Below are positions 8,254 to 18,107 of a DNA stretch of 64,000 nt, one piece after another. The translations under genes were made by a program, and so were the position numbers. The stretch lies in assembly GCA_964550635.1 (NCBI GenBank), contig CAZJZV010000007.1, forward strand, positions 5,722 to 69,721, in the 5' to 3' direction. Position 1 is the first letter of the stretch. Each line of letters starts with the position of its first letter. A model generated the notes under the pieces. It saw only the letters and a program-made list of their open reading frames with translations, ran no database searches and was not told the DNA's origin. The DNA comes from an uncultured Bacteroidaceae bacterium. Its GTDB lineage: Bacteria > Bacillota > Clostridia > Christensenellales > CAG-917.

Positions 8254-11200
8254 TCATTTAATTACGTATTTCACGTTGTTTTCGCCGACGATGTTTTTCA
8301 GTTTTCTGATGAGTTCGTCGGTCACTTCCGCCCTTTGCGGAAATTCCATAAGGCAGTACTTGCCGTTTTTCTTCACCTGCGCTTGCACGGGTACGTTGCC
8401 TTTATGTATTGCAAGCACGCCGCCGATGAGTTTCATTTCGTTGTCGTTGTTGATAAGCACGTAAAGCACACCACCCGCGTCCTTCGTCGTGTTGTTTTCC
8501 CACGGCTCGATTTTCTCGACGTTGATTTTGGGATCGGACTCGTCGCGCAAGTCGATTTTGCCGTAGACTTTGATGGGTGCGTCCCCTTCGAGAAGTCTGC
8601 CGTAACGCTCGTAGGCTCTTGCGAACATACTGAACGAAATCGCGCCCATTCTGTCTTCGAGTTTGCCGACCGCGAAACGTCTTTGATCTGTCTTCGTGAC
8701 TTTCCTTTCGTACGATGCGACGATACACCCCATAGTCACGGGTTTGCCCGCAAGGTTTTTATCCACGACCATACCGGCGTTTTCGCCCTCGTCCTCATCG
8801 TCACTGACTTCTTCGGACTCCACGTAGAGCATACCGGTATCGAAGTTGAACTCCCCTTTTCTGACGACGTAATCATCGAGCGGATGACCGCTAACGTACA
8901 TGCCGAGAACCTCTTTTTCTTCGGACAAAATCTGTTGTTTTGAGTATTCGGCGAGTTCGGTATATTTGACTTCAACATCCTCAATCAGTTCGTCGAACAG
9001 TGACATTTGACCTGATAAACTGCTTTTTCTGTCATTTGCGACCTGATTCATAATGCTCTCGTAGGACGCCATCAAAGTGGAACGAGTTTTGCCGAAACAA
9101 TCGAACGCACCGCCTTTGATAAGGTTCTCGACCATGCGTTTATTGATCTGCCCGGTGCAACGAGAGATAAAGTCTTTGAGATCCTTGAACTCACCGTTTT
9201 CGCGCTCTTTGATGACGAAGTCGATTGCGTTTTCCCCGACGTTTTTCACGCCCATAAGACCGTAACGAACGTTGTTGCCTTCGATTGAGAAGAGTTGTTT
9301 GGAGCGGTTGATATCGGGTGCCAAAATCTTCACGCCTTGACGACGGAGATAGTTGATATAGTGGGTGACTTCTTCGGCGTTTGTTATTCTGTTATTGATG
9401 ACCGCCGCCAAGAAGTGAACGGGATAATAGCACTTCAACCACGCAGTTTGGTAGGTCAGGAATGTGTATGCCGCCGCGTGCGATTTGTTGAATGCGTAGC
9501 TTGCGAATTTCAAAATCGAATCGAAAAGCGAACTTGCGATTTCTTCACTCACACCGTTTGCGACCGCGCCGATTATATATCTATGCGTAGCGTCGCCCGC
9601 AAGGTAACCGCCGTGCAAGAAGATTTCCTTTTGCGCTTCGAGGACGGCAAGTTTTTTCTTGGAGATAGCGCGTCTCATAATGTCCGCGCCGCCGAATGAA
9701 TAGCCCGCGACTTTCTGCGCAATCTGCATAACCTGTTCTTGATAGACGATACAACCGTAGGTGACTTCGAGCACTTCTTTGAGAAGGGGGTGCGCGTACA
9801 CCACTTTATCCGGTTCGCGTTTGCCCTTGATAAAATCGTCGATGAACTGCATAGGACCGGGACGATAAAGGGAAATACCTGCGATGACGTCTTCGATATT
9901 GGTGGGTTGGAGTTGGCTCATAAACTTCTTCATACCACCGCTTTCGAGCTGGAATACCGCTTCGCAGTCCCCCGACGCGATAAGTTCGTAGATTTTTGGG
10001 TCTTCGTAGCCGAGTTTATGGAAGTCCACGTCCACGCCCTTATCTTCCTTGATATACTTGCACGCTTCGGATATATCCGTCAAAGTCTTCAAACCAAGGA
10101 AGTCCATTTTGAGAAGTCCGATATTCTCGACGACGAGTTTGTCAAACTGCGTGACGATGTCGTCCTTATTTCTCGAAAGTGGTACGTGGTCAAGGAGCGG
10201 TTCACTGCAAATAACGACGCCCGCCGCATGCTCGGACGTCTGTCTGGGCATACCTTCGAGGCGGATAGCGACGTCGATGACTTCTCTTGCCTGCGGATTG
10301 GTTTCGTAAAGCATTCTGAAATCTTCCGAATACCCTTCGGAGCCGGGAGTCAGGACCTGTCGCAACAAGTATTTGCCGTTGGGAATATCTTTCACCCAGT
10401 TATTCGACTCGGTGTAAGGCACGTCGTACACTCTCGCGACGTCTTTCACCGCCGCTTTCGCACTCATCGTGGAGTAGGCGATAATCTGCGACACCTTGTC
10501 CGCGCCGTACTTTTTGACGACGTAATCTATGACTTCGGGACGGCGCACGAAACAAAAGTCCACGTCGAAGTCGGGCATGGTAACTCTTTCTTCGGACAAG
10601 AATCTCTCGAAAATGAGTTTGTAGCGCAAGGGGTCTACGTCGGTGATTCCGATTGAATACGCGACCAAACTGCCCACGCCGCTACCTCTGCCGGGACCTA
10701 CGGGGATACCCATTTCCTTTGCGGCGTTACAGTAGTCCCAAACGATAAGGAAGTAGTCGTTGAAACCGCACTTGTTGATGACGCCGAGTTCGTAATCCAA
10801 TCTCTGCTTGATTTCGGGAGTGATGACGTCGTAACGATTTTTGATTCTCTCCCACGCAAGGTCGTGGAGATATTGAGCTGTCGTCCTGTCCCCTATCTCG
10901 TCGTTGGTGTAATGCGGAATGTAGAAAACGTGTTTCGTGTCCGCCACGAAATAGTCGGACACTTTGTCCGCGATTTCTCTCGTGTTGTCGATTGCTTCGG
11001 GACACCAAGCGAACAACTCTCTCATCTCTTCTTCGGATTTGAGATAGAAGTTATCGCTCTCGAAACGAATGCCGTTGACTTCGGTCTTTTTGCAACCGAG
11101 GTTGATACATTCCATAGTATCTTGCACGTCCGCGTCCTCTCTTTCGATATAGTGGACGTCGTTCGTTGCGACGACTTTTACGCCGATTTCCTTTGCAAGT

Positions 11201-11820
11201 TTATAGAGTTGCGGAAGTATCTTCTTTTCTTCGGGGATGCCGTGGTCTTGAAGTTCGATATAGTAGTCGCCGGGGGCGAACATATCTCTCATCTTCGTTG
11301 CGTATTCGACCGCGCCTTGATAGTCGTTATGCACGAGATATTGCGGCACTTGCCCCGCAAGACACGCCGAGCAACAAATAAGTCCGTCCGTGTGCCCATC
11401 CAAGAGTTTCAAGTCAATTCTCGGCTTGGTGTAGAAACCGTCCACGAAAGACTTCGACGACAAATACATCAGATTTTTGTAACCTTCGAGATTCTTCGCG
11501 AGCAGGATGAGATGTCGATTTTTGTGAAGGACTTCGGAAGTTTTCTGGTACATATCGTCGGCGACGTAGAACTCACTGCCGATGATAGGTTTTATGTCGT
11601 TCTTTCTCATTTGCGAAACGAAAATATGCACGCCGTACATATTGCCGTGGTCGGTGATTGCGACCGAATCCATACCCCTTGCCTTCAAGGCGTCCGCAAG
11701 CGGACAAGTCGTTGTGACCTTGTCCGGCTCGTCGGGATTTACGACCTGTTGAGAGAGCCTGACTGCGCCGTCAAGCAAACTGTATTCGGTGTGTAGATGA
11801 AGATGAACAAAATTTCCCAT
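8254..11820 (-). CDS. dnaE: DNA polymerase III subunit alpha
   Basis: HLHLHTEYSLLDG PHP start, PGRGSGVGS, PDFDVDF catalytic motif, YAFNKSHAAAY, C-terminal OB fold. Confidence 0.97.
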   Translation of the reverse strand: MGNFVHLHLHTEYSLLDGAVRLSQQVVNPDEPDKVTTTCPLADALKARGMDSVAITDHGNMYGVHIFVSQMRKNDIKPIIGSEFYVADDMYQKTSEVLHKNRHLILLAKNLEGYKNLMYLSSKSFVDGFYTKPRIDLKLLDGHTDGLICCSACLAGQVPQYLVHNDYQGAVEYATKMRDMFAPGDYYIELQDHGIPEEKKILPQLYKLAKEIGVKVVATNDVHYIEREDADVQDTMECINLGCKKTEVNGIRFESDNFYLKSEEEMRELFAWCPEAIDNTREIADKVSDYFVADTKHVFYIPHYTNDEIGDRTTAQYLHDLAWERIKNRYDVITPEIKQRLDYELGVINKCGFNDYFLIVWDYCNAAKEMGIPVGPGRGSGVGSLVAYSIGITDVDPLRYKLIFERFLSEERVTMPDFDVDFCFVRRPEVIDYVVKKYGADKVSQIIAYSTMSAKAAVKDVARVYDVPYTESNNWVKDIPNGKYLLRQVLTPGSEGYSEDFRMLYETNPQAREVIDVAIRLEGMPRQTSEHAAGVVICSEPLLDHVPLSRNKDDIVTQFDKLVVENIGLLKMDFLGLKTLTDISEACKYIKEDKGVDVDFHKLGYEDPKIYELIASGDCEAVFQLESGGMKKFMSQLQPTNIEDVIAGISLYRPGPMQFIDDFIKGKREPDKVVYAHPLLKEVLEVTYGCIVYQEQVMQIAQKVAGYSFGGADIMRRAISKKKLAVLEAQKEIFLHGGYLAGDATHRYIIGAVANGVSEEIASSLFDSILKFASYAFNKSHAAAYTFLTYQTAWLKCYYPVHFLAAVINNRITNAEEVTHYINYLRRQGVKILAPDINRSKQLFSIEGNNVRYGLMGVKNVGENAIDFVIKERENGEFKDLKDFISRCTGQINKRMVENLIKGGAFDCFGKTRSTLMASYESIMNQVANDRKSSLSGQMSLFDELIEDVEVKYTELAEYSKQQILSEEKEVLGMYVSGHPLDDYVVRKGEFNFDTGMLYVESEEVSDDEDEGENAGMVVDKNLAGKPVTMGCIVASYERKVTKTDQRRFAVGKLEDRMGAISFSMFARAYERYGRLLEGDAPIKVYGKIDLRDESDPKINVEKIEPWENNTTKDAGGVLYVLINNDNEMKLIGGVLAIHKGNVPVQAQVKKNGKYCLMEFPQRAEVTDELIRKLKNIVGENNVKYVIK

Positions 11821-11886
11821 TTCCTTTTTCCCTGTTTATATTCGTATTTTATACCGTTATTTTCGCACGATAAAGTGTCGTTTGTG

Positions 11887-12852
11887 TCAATTACCGCTTT
11901 CCGCAATCTCAACGAGTTTGCGAAGTCTGTGGTTCAGACAACTCTTGCTAACCCCCAAAATATCCGCAAGTTCTTGAAGAGTTGCCGTTTGATATTCAAG
12001 CCTTGCTTGCGCCGTTTCGTATAGCACCGCGGAGAGAGAATCGAGTCCGTCCCTTTCTTCGATGACGCCGATTGCAAGCAGTTGCTTGTTGCACGCCTCA
12101 TATGTTTTGTCAAGGTTTGCCGTTTCACAAATGACCGCGCGGTTGAGTGCGTTTGCGGTTTCTCTTTCTTCGATGATTTTGTTCAGTCTGCTTTGGCAGT
12201 CGTATAGGTCGAGCACGCCCAGCATTTTCAACACGCTTTCTCTGTCCTTGACGTAGACGAGATGCACCGCACCCCTTTCACTGATTTTCGCTTGCACGCC
12301 GTAACCCGCAAGCAAATCTGCGACGCTCTTTGCGCCGTCCTCTTCTTCTATGCGGTATTCAAAATGGTAGCCGTCTTTTTTCTCGTCGCTATCGGAGATA
12401 CTAGGAACGTACACGCCCCCGCACGCAAGGAATAATCCTTTGAGATACGCTTTGCCGAGATTATAATCCCTTGCAAATTCTTTCGGCACTTCGATTTCGA
12501 TTCCGTCCACTTCGCTCTCGTCCGCGATATGCGTATCTTCGAGAAGTTGAGTGACGTAGCCCGATTGCACCGCAACCGTAAACGCTCTTTCGCCCTTCTT
12601 CGAGCCGGACTTGATTTCGTCCGCGGAAATCTCAAATTCGGATGGGTATAACTCCTTCAACACCGACACGAGATAAAGCGCTTCGTCGTAACCGTCCACC
12701 GCTATCACGAAGTTTTTGCGTTTGCCGTTGATATGGATATACCCCGCGTTTTTCGCGACGGCGGATATGAAAGCGCAAGCCGCCCTGCCCGTAGGCACTG
12801 CGGAAGTCGTCAATTCTCTGATTGCAGTTTCTCTGAAATTTTCTTTACTCAT
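11887..12852 (-). CDS. whiA: DNA-binding protein WhiA
   Basis: YLKGLFLACG, YHFE, NRAVICETANLDKT, C-terminal HTH (LQELADILGVSKSCLNHRLRKL). Confidence 0.9.
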   Translation of the reverse strand: MSKENFRETAIRELTTSAVPTGRAACAFISAVAKNAGYIHINGKRKNFVIAVDGYDEALYLVSVLKELYPSEFEISADEIKSGSKKGERAFTVAVQSGYVTQLLEDTHIADESEVDGIEIEVPKEFARDYNLGKAYLKGLFLACGGVYVPSISDSDEKKDGYHFEYRIEEEDGAKSVADLLAGYGVQAKISERGAVHLVYVKDRESVLKMLGVLDLYDCQSRLNKIIEERETANALNRAVICETANLDKTYEACNKQLLAIGVIEERDGLDSLSAVLYETAQARLEYQTATLQELADILGVSKSCLNHRLRKLVEIAESGN

Positions 12853-13604
12853 TTTTTGTAGTCCGATTTGTCCTTGAACGTAGGCAATTTGTCCACGCCG
12901 TATATTCTGTTTTTAGGCACGCCGTGTTTCTCGACGAATTTCATCACCTTGTCGAACTTGCCGATTTTGGCGGTTTCGTGAGCGTCCGAGCCGATTATGA
13001 AATTCACACCGCTTTCAACAAGTACGTCAATATCCTTTTCAAGAGTGGATATATGTTTCTCGTTGAGTTCGACGTAAATATTTTTCTCTTTTGCCTTTTT
13101 AGCGACCGCCGCGACGTCCACGAGTGCGCGATGATTGAGATGCACAAGCACGTCTATCGGGTATCTGTCCATAGCGGATAGATATGCTTTCGTGTTCACG
13201 TCGACGAGAGTTTCTCTTTTCTTTCTCGGAGCAAATCCGTTGATTAGCACGAAAGCCGTATTGCCTTTCAGGTGCTTCGGTTGCAAAAACCGATGAAATC
13301 CGAGTTGCAATATATCGCAATGCGGAACGACGCTATCAGGCACGTCCATATCTCCGTTAGGATTTAGCAAATTGCCTTCCACCCCGACGAGTACGCGAAT
13401 ATCTCCGTCCCTGTTTTTCAACTCCTGACTGACCTTTTCAAAGTCGTATTTCGGATAGGTCAAATGACAAAGGAGAGTGCCGAAACTATGTTCGGTTATC
13501 GCGACTTCTTTCAGACCGAGTTCGACGGCACGTTTGACGTTGTCCTTCATCGGGCACTTTCCGTCGCTCGCGTTGGTATGGGTATGGTAATCGCCCTTTA
13601 TCAT
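12849..13604 (-). CDS. PHP domain phosphoesterase/hydrolase
   Basis: DYHTHT, ITEH, GVEGN, GSDAH motifs. Confidence 0.88.
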   Translation of the reverse strand: MIKGDYHTHTNASDGKCPMKDNVKRAVELGLKEVAITEHSFGTLLCHLTYPKYDFEKVSQELKNRDGDIRVLVGVEGNLLNPNGDMDVPDSVVPHCDILQLGFHRFLQPKHLKGNTAFVLINGFAPRKKRETLVDVNTKAYLSAMDRYPIDVLVHLNHRALVDVAAVAKKAKEKNIYVELNEKHISTLEKDIDVLVESGVNFIIGSDAHETAKIGKFDKVMKFVEKHGVPKNRIYGVDKLPTFKDKSDYKK

Positions 13605-14413
13605 TCAAGCACCTCAAATTCTCTTTCGAGAGTGATTCCGAATTTTTCTTTAACGGTGTGTTCCGCAAGGCGCGCAAGAGAGAGAAAATTGCTTGCACTT
13701 CCACCGCCTACGTTGACGATGAAATTTGCGTGTAGCGCGCTGATTTCCGCACCGCCTATTCTTTCCCCTTTCAGTCCGCAAAGGTCTATATACTTCCCTG
13801 CGGGCAAGTCCGCTTTTTTGAAAACGCTACCCACGGACGGCAATCGCGGTTGAGTTTTCATCCGTGTTTCCACGCACTTTTTCGCCCTTGCTCTCGACTC
13901 GTCTGCGGACAGGTTTTCAAGCCTGAACGCGACTTCGACGACCGCGCCGTCAACACCCTTGCGGTATCCCCAAGGAATATCGCGGGCATCTATCCATTTT
14001 GCAGAAAAGCCACTTGACACCTTGATTTTGTCAACGTAATCTTTCGTTTCGTGCAAGAACGCTCCCGCATTCATCTTCACGATACCGCCGACCGTTGCAG
14101 GCACGCCCGCCAAAAATTCAAGTCCGCCCAGTCCGAAACTCCTTGCCGCCGCCGTGACCGACGACACCTTTGCGCCCGCCTGTGCGTGGATTATTCCGTC
14201 TTCAAACCACACGCGGTTTAGCAGTTTTGTGGACGCGACGGGTGTAGATATTTCCCCGTCCGCGATGATTACGTTTGAGCCGCCGCCCAAAATATACGCA
14301 CCTTGAAGAGATAAAAACTCGTCTTCGGTTTCGGGCAGATATAGCGACTTTATCACCCCACCGCCCTTGTAGGTTGACAGGGTTTTCGCGCTTACGTTTT
14401 TCTCGATTCTCAT
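13601..14413 (-). CDS. murB: UDP-N-acetylenolpyruvoylglucosamine reductase
   Basis: GGGSN, GLEFLAGVPATVGG..MNAGA, QP.LPSVGSVFK, HANFIVN, LERE. Confidence 0.92.
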   Translation of the reverse strand: MRIEKNVSAKTLSTYKGGGVIKSLYLPETEDEFLSLQGAYILGGGSNVIIADGEISTPVASTKLLNRVWFEDGIIHAQAGAKVSSVTAAARSFGLGGLEFLAGVPATVGGIVKMNAGAFLHETKDYVDKIKVSSGFSAKWIDARDIPWGYRKGVDGAVVEVAFRLENLSADESRARAKKCVETRMKTQPRLPSVGSVFKKADLPAGKYIDLCGLKGERIGGAEISALHANFIVNVGGGSASNFLSLARLAEHTVKEKFGITLEREFEVLE

Positions 14414-14474
14414 ATAATAATTATATGAGTGTTAGAATATTATAGATTATTTCCCCCGCATTTTCAAGGGGTAT

Positions 14475-16286
14475 TTACTCCCCTTTTCTGAGAGCGTCGA
14501 GAAGTTTCATTGCGCCGTCGAGAGAAAATCCGTCCACCATTGCGATTTCTTCCGCCGTAGCATTTTTGACGTTTTCCGCCGAGCCGAATTTTTTGAGCAA
14601 AGCGGTTGCCTTTTTCGGACCTATGCCGTCAATCTCTCTCAACTCGCTTTCACTCATACGCTTTGAGTGCAAATTGCGGTGGAAAGTGATTGCAAAGCGG
14701 TGCGCTTCGTCGCGCACCCTTTGAAGAAGATACAACGCAACCGAATCTCTAGGGAGCAATATGCTTTCTTTCGGCGCACTGCCAAGGAAGACTTCTTCTT
14801 CTCTCTTTGCAAGAGAGAGAATTTCAAGGTCGGTGCGCCCTTCTTCCGCAAGAGCGTCGAGAGCGTAGGCAAGTTGTCCTTTTCCGCCGTCGATGAGAAT
14901 AAGGTCGGGAGCGGTCGAGAAACTCTCGTCCGTTTCGTCGGGGGAATTGAGTCTTTCGAGTCGACGGAGCAGAGTTTCGCGCATACACGCAAAGTCGTTG
15001 TTTCCTTCGACCGTCTTGATTTTGAATTTTCTATAGTGTGATTTTTTCGGCTCACCGCCTTCAAAAACAACCATACTCGACACCTTATCCACTCCTGAAA
15101 CGTGGGATATATCGTACGCTTCTATGCGGTTAGGCAGTGTCTTCAAATTGAGAAGTTCGGCAAGTTGCTTGACTGCGCCAAGTGTGCGGAGTTCTTTTCT
15201 CTCTTCCACGGTGCCGTGTTTTTCGAGAGCGTCGCGCGCGTTCGTGTGCGCAAGGTCGAGAAGTTGTTTCCGCACGCCCTGTTTCGGTTCGAGCACGAGA
15301 ATTTTTCTGCCCGCAATATCCGACACGCCATCGGACAACACGTCCCTATCCGCAACGCCGTCCGTCACTATTTCGTCCGCAACGGGTGGGGTGAAAGTAT
15401 AGAATTGATAAAGGTATGACGACAATTCTTCTTCCGCGCCGACGAAGACGTCGTTTTCACCGCCGACGAGTTTTCCGCCGCGCACGACGAGCATACTCAC
15501 CGCGGAATTTACACCGTTTGTTTCGAGTGCAAATATGTCGAGATTGAAATCTTTCGGAAGTGCCGACACCTGTTTTCTGACGATTTTGTCAAGGACGGCA
15601 AGTTTTTCTTTATATCTTTGAGCGACTTCGAAATTTTCTTCTTCCGCGAAGTGCATCATACGCTCTTTTAGCACCTTCTCGATTTCCCTATCGTTACCTT
15701 TCAAAAAGTTGACGACTTTCGAGATTTCCGCGCGGTATTCTTCTTCGCTCACCTTTCCCGTGCAAGGTGCGATACACTTTCCAAGGTGCGCATTCAGGCA
15801 GGGGCGGGATGGTTTCGACAAATCCCTATGGCAGTCGCGGACGGGAAACGCGGTGTGGATAAGGTCGAAAATATCCTTGATATTCACCGACTGCATATAC
15901 GGTCCGAAATATTTTGCGCCGTCGTTTTTGAGAGTCCTGACAAGGTCGATTGTCGGATAACTCTCTCGCAAATCTATCCTGACGAAAGGATACGACTTGT
16001 CGTCTTTCAAGAGAATGTTATATTGCGGAGTATGTTTTTTGATGAGATTGTTTTCGGTGACGAGAGCGTCCACTTCGCTCGCGCAAATGATATAGCGGAA
16101 ATCCGCGACGTGGTCGAGCATCGCCATAACCTTGACGGTTTTCACGGAGTCGACGAAATACTGGCGCAAGCGTTTGCGGAGATTTTTCGCCTTGCCGACG
16201 TAAATAATCTCACCGCTCTCGTCGAGCATCATATACACCCCGGGATTGTCGGGGACGTCTTTGAGTTTTGCTTTGAAATCGACCAT
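14475..16286 (-). CDS. uvrC: Excinuclease ABC subunit C
   Basis: PGVY..IIYVGKAKNL GIY-YIG, RIEAYDISH, DLILIDGGKGQ, RDEAHRFA, C-terminal HhH. Start set at ATG 16286. Confidence 0.96.
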   Translation of the reverse strand: MVDFKAKLKDVPDNPGVYMMLDESGEIIYVGKAKNLRKRLRQYFVDSVKTVKVMAMLDHVADFRYIICASEVDALVTENNLIKKHTPQYNILLKDDKSYPFVRIDLRESYPTIDLVRTLKNDGAKYFGPYMQSVNIKDIFDLIHTAFPVRDCHRDLSKPSRPCLNAHLGKCIAPCTGKVSEEEYRAEISKVVNFLKGNDREIEKVLKERMMHFAEEENFEVAQRYKEKLAVLDKIVRKQVSALPKDFNLDIFALETNGVNSAVSMLVVRGGKLVGGENDVFVGAEEELSSYLYQFYTFTPPVADEIVTDGVADRDVLSDGVSDIAGRKILVLEPKQGVRKQLLDLAHTNARDALEKHGTVEERKELRTLGAVKQLAELLNLKTLPNRIEAYDISHVSGVDKVSSMVVFEGGEPKKSHYRKFKIKTVEGNNDFACMRETLLRRLERLNSPDETDESFSTAPDLILIDGGKGQLAYALDALAEEGRTDLEILSLAKREEEVFLGSAPKESILLPRDSVALYLLQRVRDEAHRFAITFHRNLHSKRMSESELREIDGIGPKKATALLKKFGSAENVKNATAEEIAMVDGFSLDGAMKLLDALRKGE

Positions 16287-16321
16287 AAAAAGATTATATC
16301 CCAAAAACGATTTTTAGTAAA
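16287..16321 (-). promoter_or_regulatory. SigA-type promoter, leaderless uvrC
   Basis: TTTACT-17 bp-TATAAT-6 nt-ATG; no SD. Confidence 0.55.
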
Positions 16322-16795
16322 TATATAATCTGTAAAGATTATAAGTCGGGAATATATTGTGTTGCAAACGGCGGGCGGTTACAACGGCGGACGGAAAAGC
16401 GTAACCCCCGAAAAGCAGGGGCAAAATACTATCATATAGGCGTGAATTTGGCAAGAACTTTTTGTTTTATGGCAAAAAAATTCTTATCCTATCAAATTTG
16501 ATTTTGCGTTTCACGCAGGCGACTTCATCTTGCCTACGAATTGCAGTTGCACCGATTTTCATTCTCGTCAGGGCAATTTGCGGTCATACAAAGTGCGAAT
16601 AGCACCGCGCCCATCACCGCGATTTCTCTTGACGACATATTGCCGTCCGACGAAAAGGCAAGGAATATCACGAGCAAAAACAAATACCAATTATCTTCAA
16701 ACATAATTTGCTCCTATGACTTTTTCTCACAATATGCGATGAGAAAAAACAAAGTTACGAAATTTTCGCTTGAAAAGGAGAGTTATAATCAGCGT

Positions 16796-17134
16796 ATGGA
16801 AATTCTTCTTGACGAAAACACCGCCAATCTTGTCAAAACGTATATTCCGCGAAATGCGGTGCTTTACGAATTGTCCGAATTTTTCTCGGTCTGCTCCGAC
16901 GCTACGCGCACGAAAATCATATGCGCCCTGTCAATCAGCGAAATGTGCGTGACCGACCTATGCTCCCTACTCTCTCTAAACCAAACGACCTGCTCCCACC
17001 AACTGAAATATTTGAAATCGGCGGGGATTGTCGCAATGCGACGAGAAGGCAAAATCATTTTCTACTCCCTGAAAAACAAAAAAATCGAGGACGTACTCCT
17101 CGCAGGTGTTGAATTTTTGAAAATGGGTGATTGA
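16796..17134 (+). CDS. ArsR/SmtB family transcriptional regulator
   Basis: FSVCSDATRTKII.AL..SEMCVTDL..LSLNQTTCSHQLKYLK..GIV..RREGK.IFYSL. Start moved to ATG 16796. Confidence 0.88.
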   Translation: MEILLDENTANLVKTYIPRNAVLYELSEFFSVCSDATRTKIICALSISEMCVTDLCSLLSLNQTTCSHQLKYLKSAGIVAMRREGKIIFYSLKNKKIEDVLLAGVEFLKMGD

Positions 17135-17245
17135 CAAGTCAAAGTACAAAGTTTCGTCCGTCAACAGTCCGCAGACTTCCATTTGAAACGATTGCTTATT
17201 CATATAGGCATATCACCCGACTTTCCGTCGTTTGAAACGGTCTAT

Positions 17246-17992
17246 CTATTCATCGAAGGGTGACTTTTCGGCATTCGATTTTTCATCAATGGATTTATCA
17301 TCGCCTAAACCGCTCGACTTGTTTTCGCTCGACTTGTCGTCTTTGTCGAAATTTTGTTCGTTTTCACCGTCAAAAACGCTTTCATCATCGAAAACGTCGT
17401 CCGTCATATCGTCGTCCATATCATCAAACGGATTTTCATCGACGACTTCGGTTTTATTTTGCCGTTTTCTCAACACCTTTTCGGTGCGGTTTTTCACGTA
17501 GAGATAGACGTAACCGAGCAAAAAGTCGACCGCAATCAATACGACAGTCCCCACTATCGCGATGGCGTAGTACGGAATTTTGCCGATTATTTCTTCGGAA
17601 ATCATAATGTTTCCCGCGACGAAATACAAAAACGCGAGCGCAAGATTGATATACACCGCTTTGACCGACAGAGATATAAACCATTTGACGTGCTTTTCAA
17701 TGAAAATCCCCGACAAAATCGCCATGGGTGCAAAGTATACGACGTACCCCGCAACCGCAAAAAAATCCCCCGTGATTGCAAAGGAAATCAAGGAGGATGC
17801 TATATATGCCACTACGGACGAAAAGTAGTATTTTTGTGAGAGCGGAATCATAATCGCAACGCATGCCGCGACGAAAAATCCAATCGTGCCGTACTTGACG
17901 ACGACGGAAAGGGACACGAGCAGAGTTGCAATCCCTGCCGCCACACCGCCTAACGCGACTTCATAGATAATCCGCTGTCTGTCTTTTTTCAT
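17246..17992 (-). CDS. Hypothetical membrane protein with acidic C-terminal tail
   Basis: About 5-6 hydrophobic segments, then a D/E-rich low-complexity tail. Confidence 0.75.
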   Translation of the reverse strand: MKKDRQRIIYEVALGGVAAGIATLLVSLSVVVKYGTIGFFVAACVAIMIPLSQKYYFSSVVAYIASSLISFAITGDFFAVAGYVVYFAPMAILSGIFIEKHVKWFISLSVKAVYINLALAFLYFVAGNIMISEEIIGKIPYYAIAIVGTVVLIAVDFLLGYVYLYVKNRTEKVLRKRQNKTEVVDENPFDDMDDDMTDDVFDDESVFDGENEQNFDKDDKSSENKSSGLGDDKSIDEKSNAEKSPFDE

Positions 17993-18001
17993 CGCTTAAC
18001 T

Positions 18002-18097
18002 GATTGCCCCGTCCATTGCTTCTCGCAATGACGATTTGGGTTGTGAAACTTTCTCCGTCGCACTCACTTTTTCATTCCGAGCGGAGCGTTGGAATCT
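18002..18097. repeat. REP-like repeat family B, two divergent copies
   Basis: GATTGC...CTCGCAATGAC (18002-18032) and TCATTCCGAGCGGAGCGTTGGAATCT (18072-18097), matching 37649-37683 and 37939-37970. Confidence 0.7.
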
Positions 18098-18107
18098 ACG
18101 GGGACGG

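Noticed and set aside
8045-8257. 70-aa ORF with repeated MIY
   Set aside because: A by-product of the ATGATAT repeats; no RBS, and it overlaps a terminator-like hairpin.
16541-16795. N-terminal extension of the ArsR ORF
   Set aside because: Family similarity starts near Met 16796; the upstream part begins at a TTG without an RBS.
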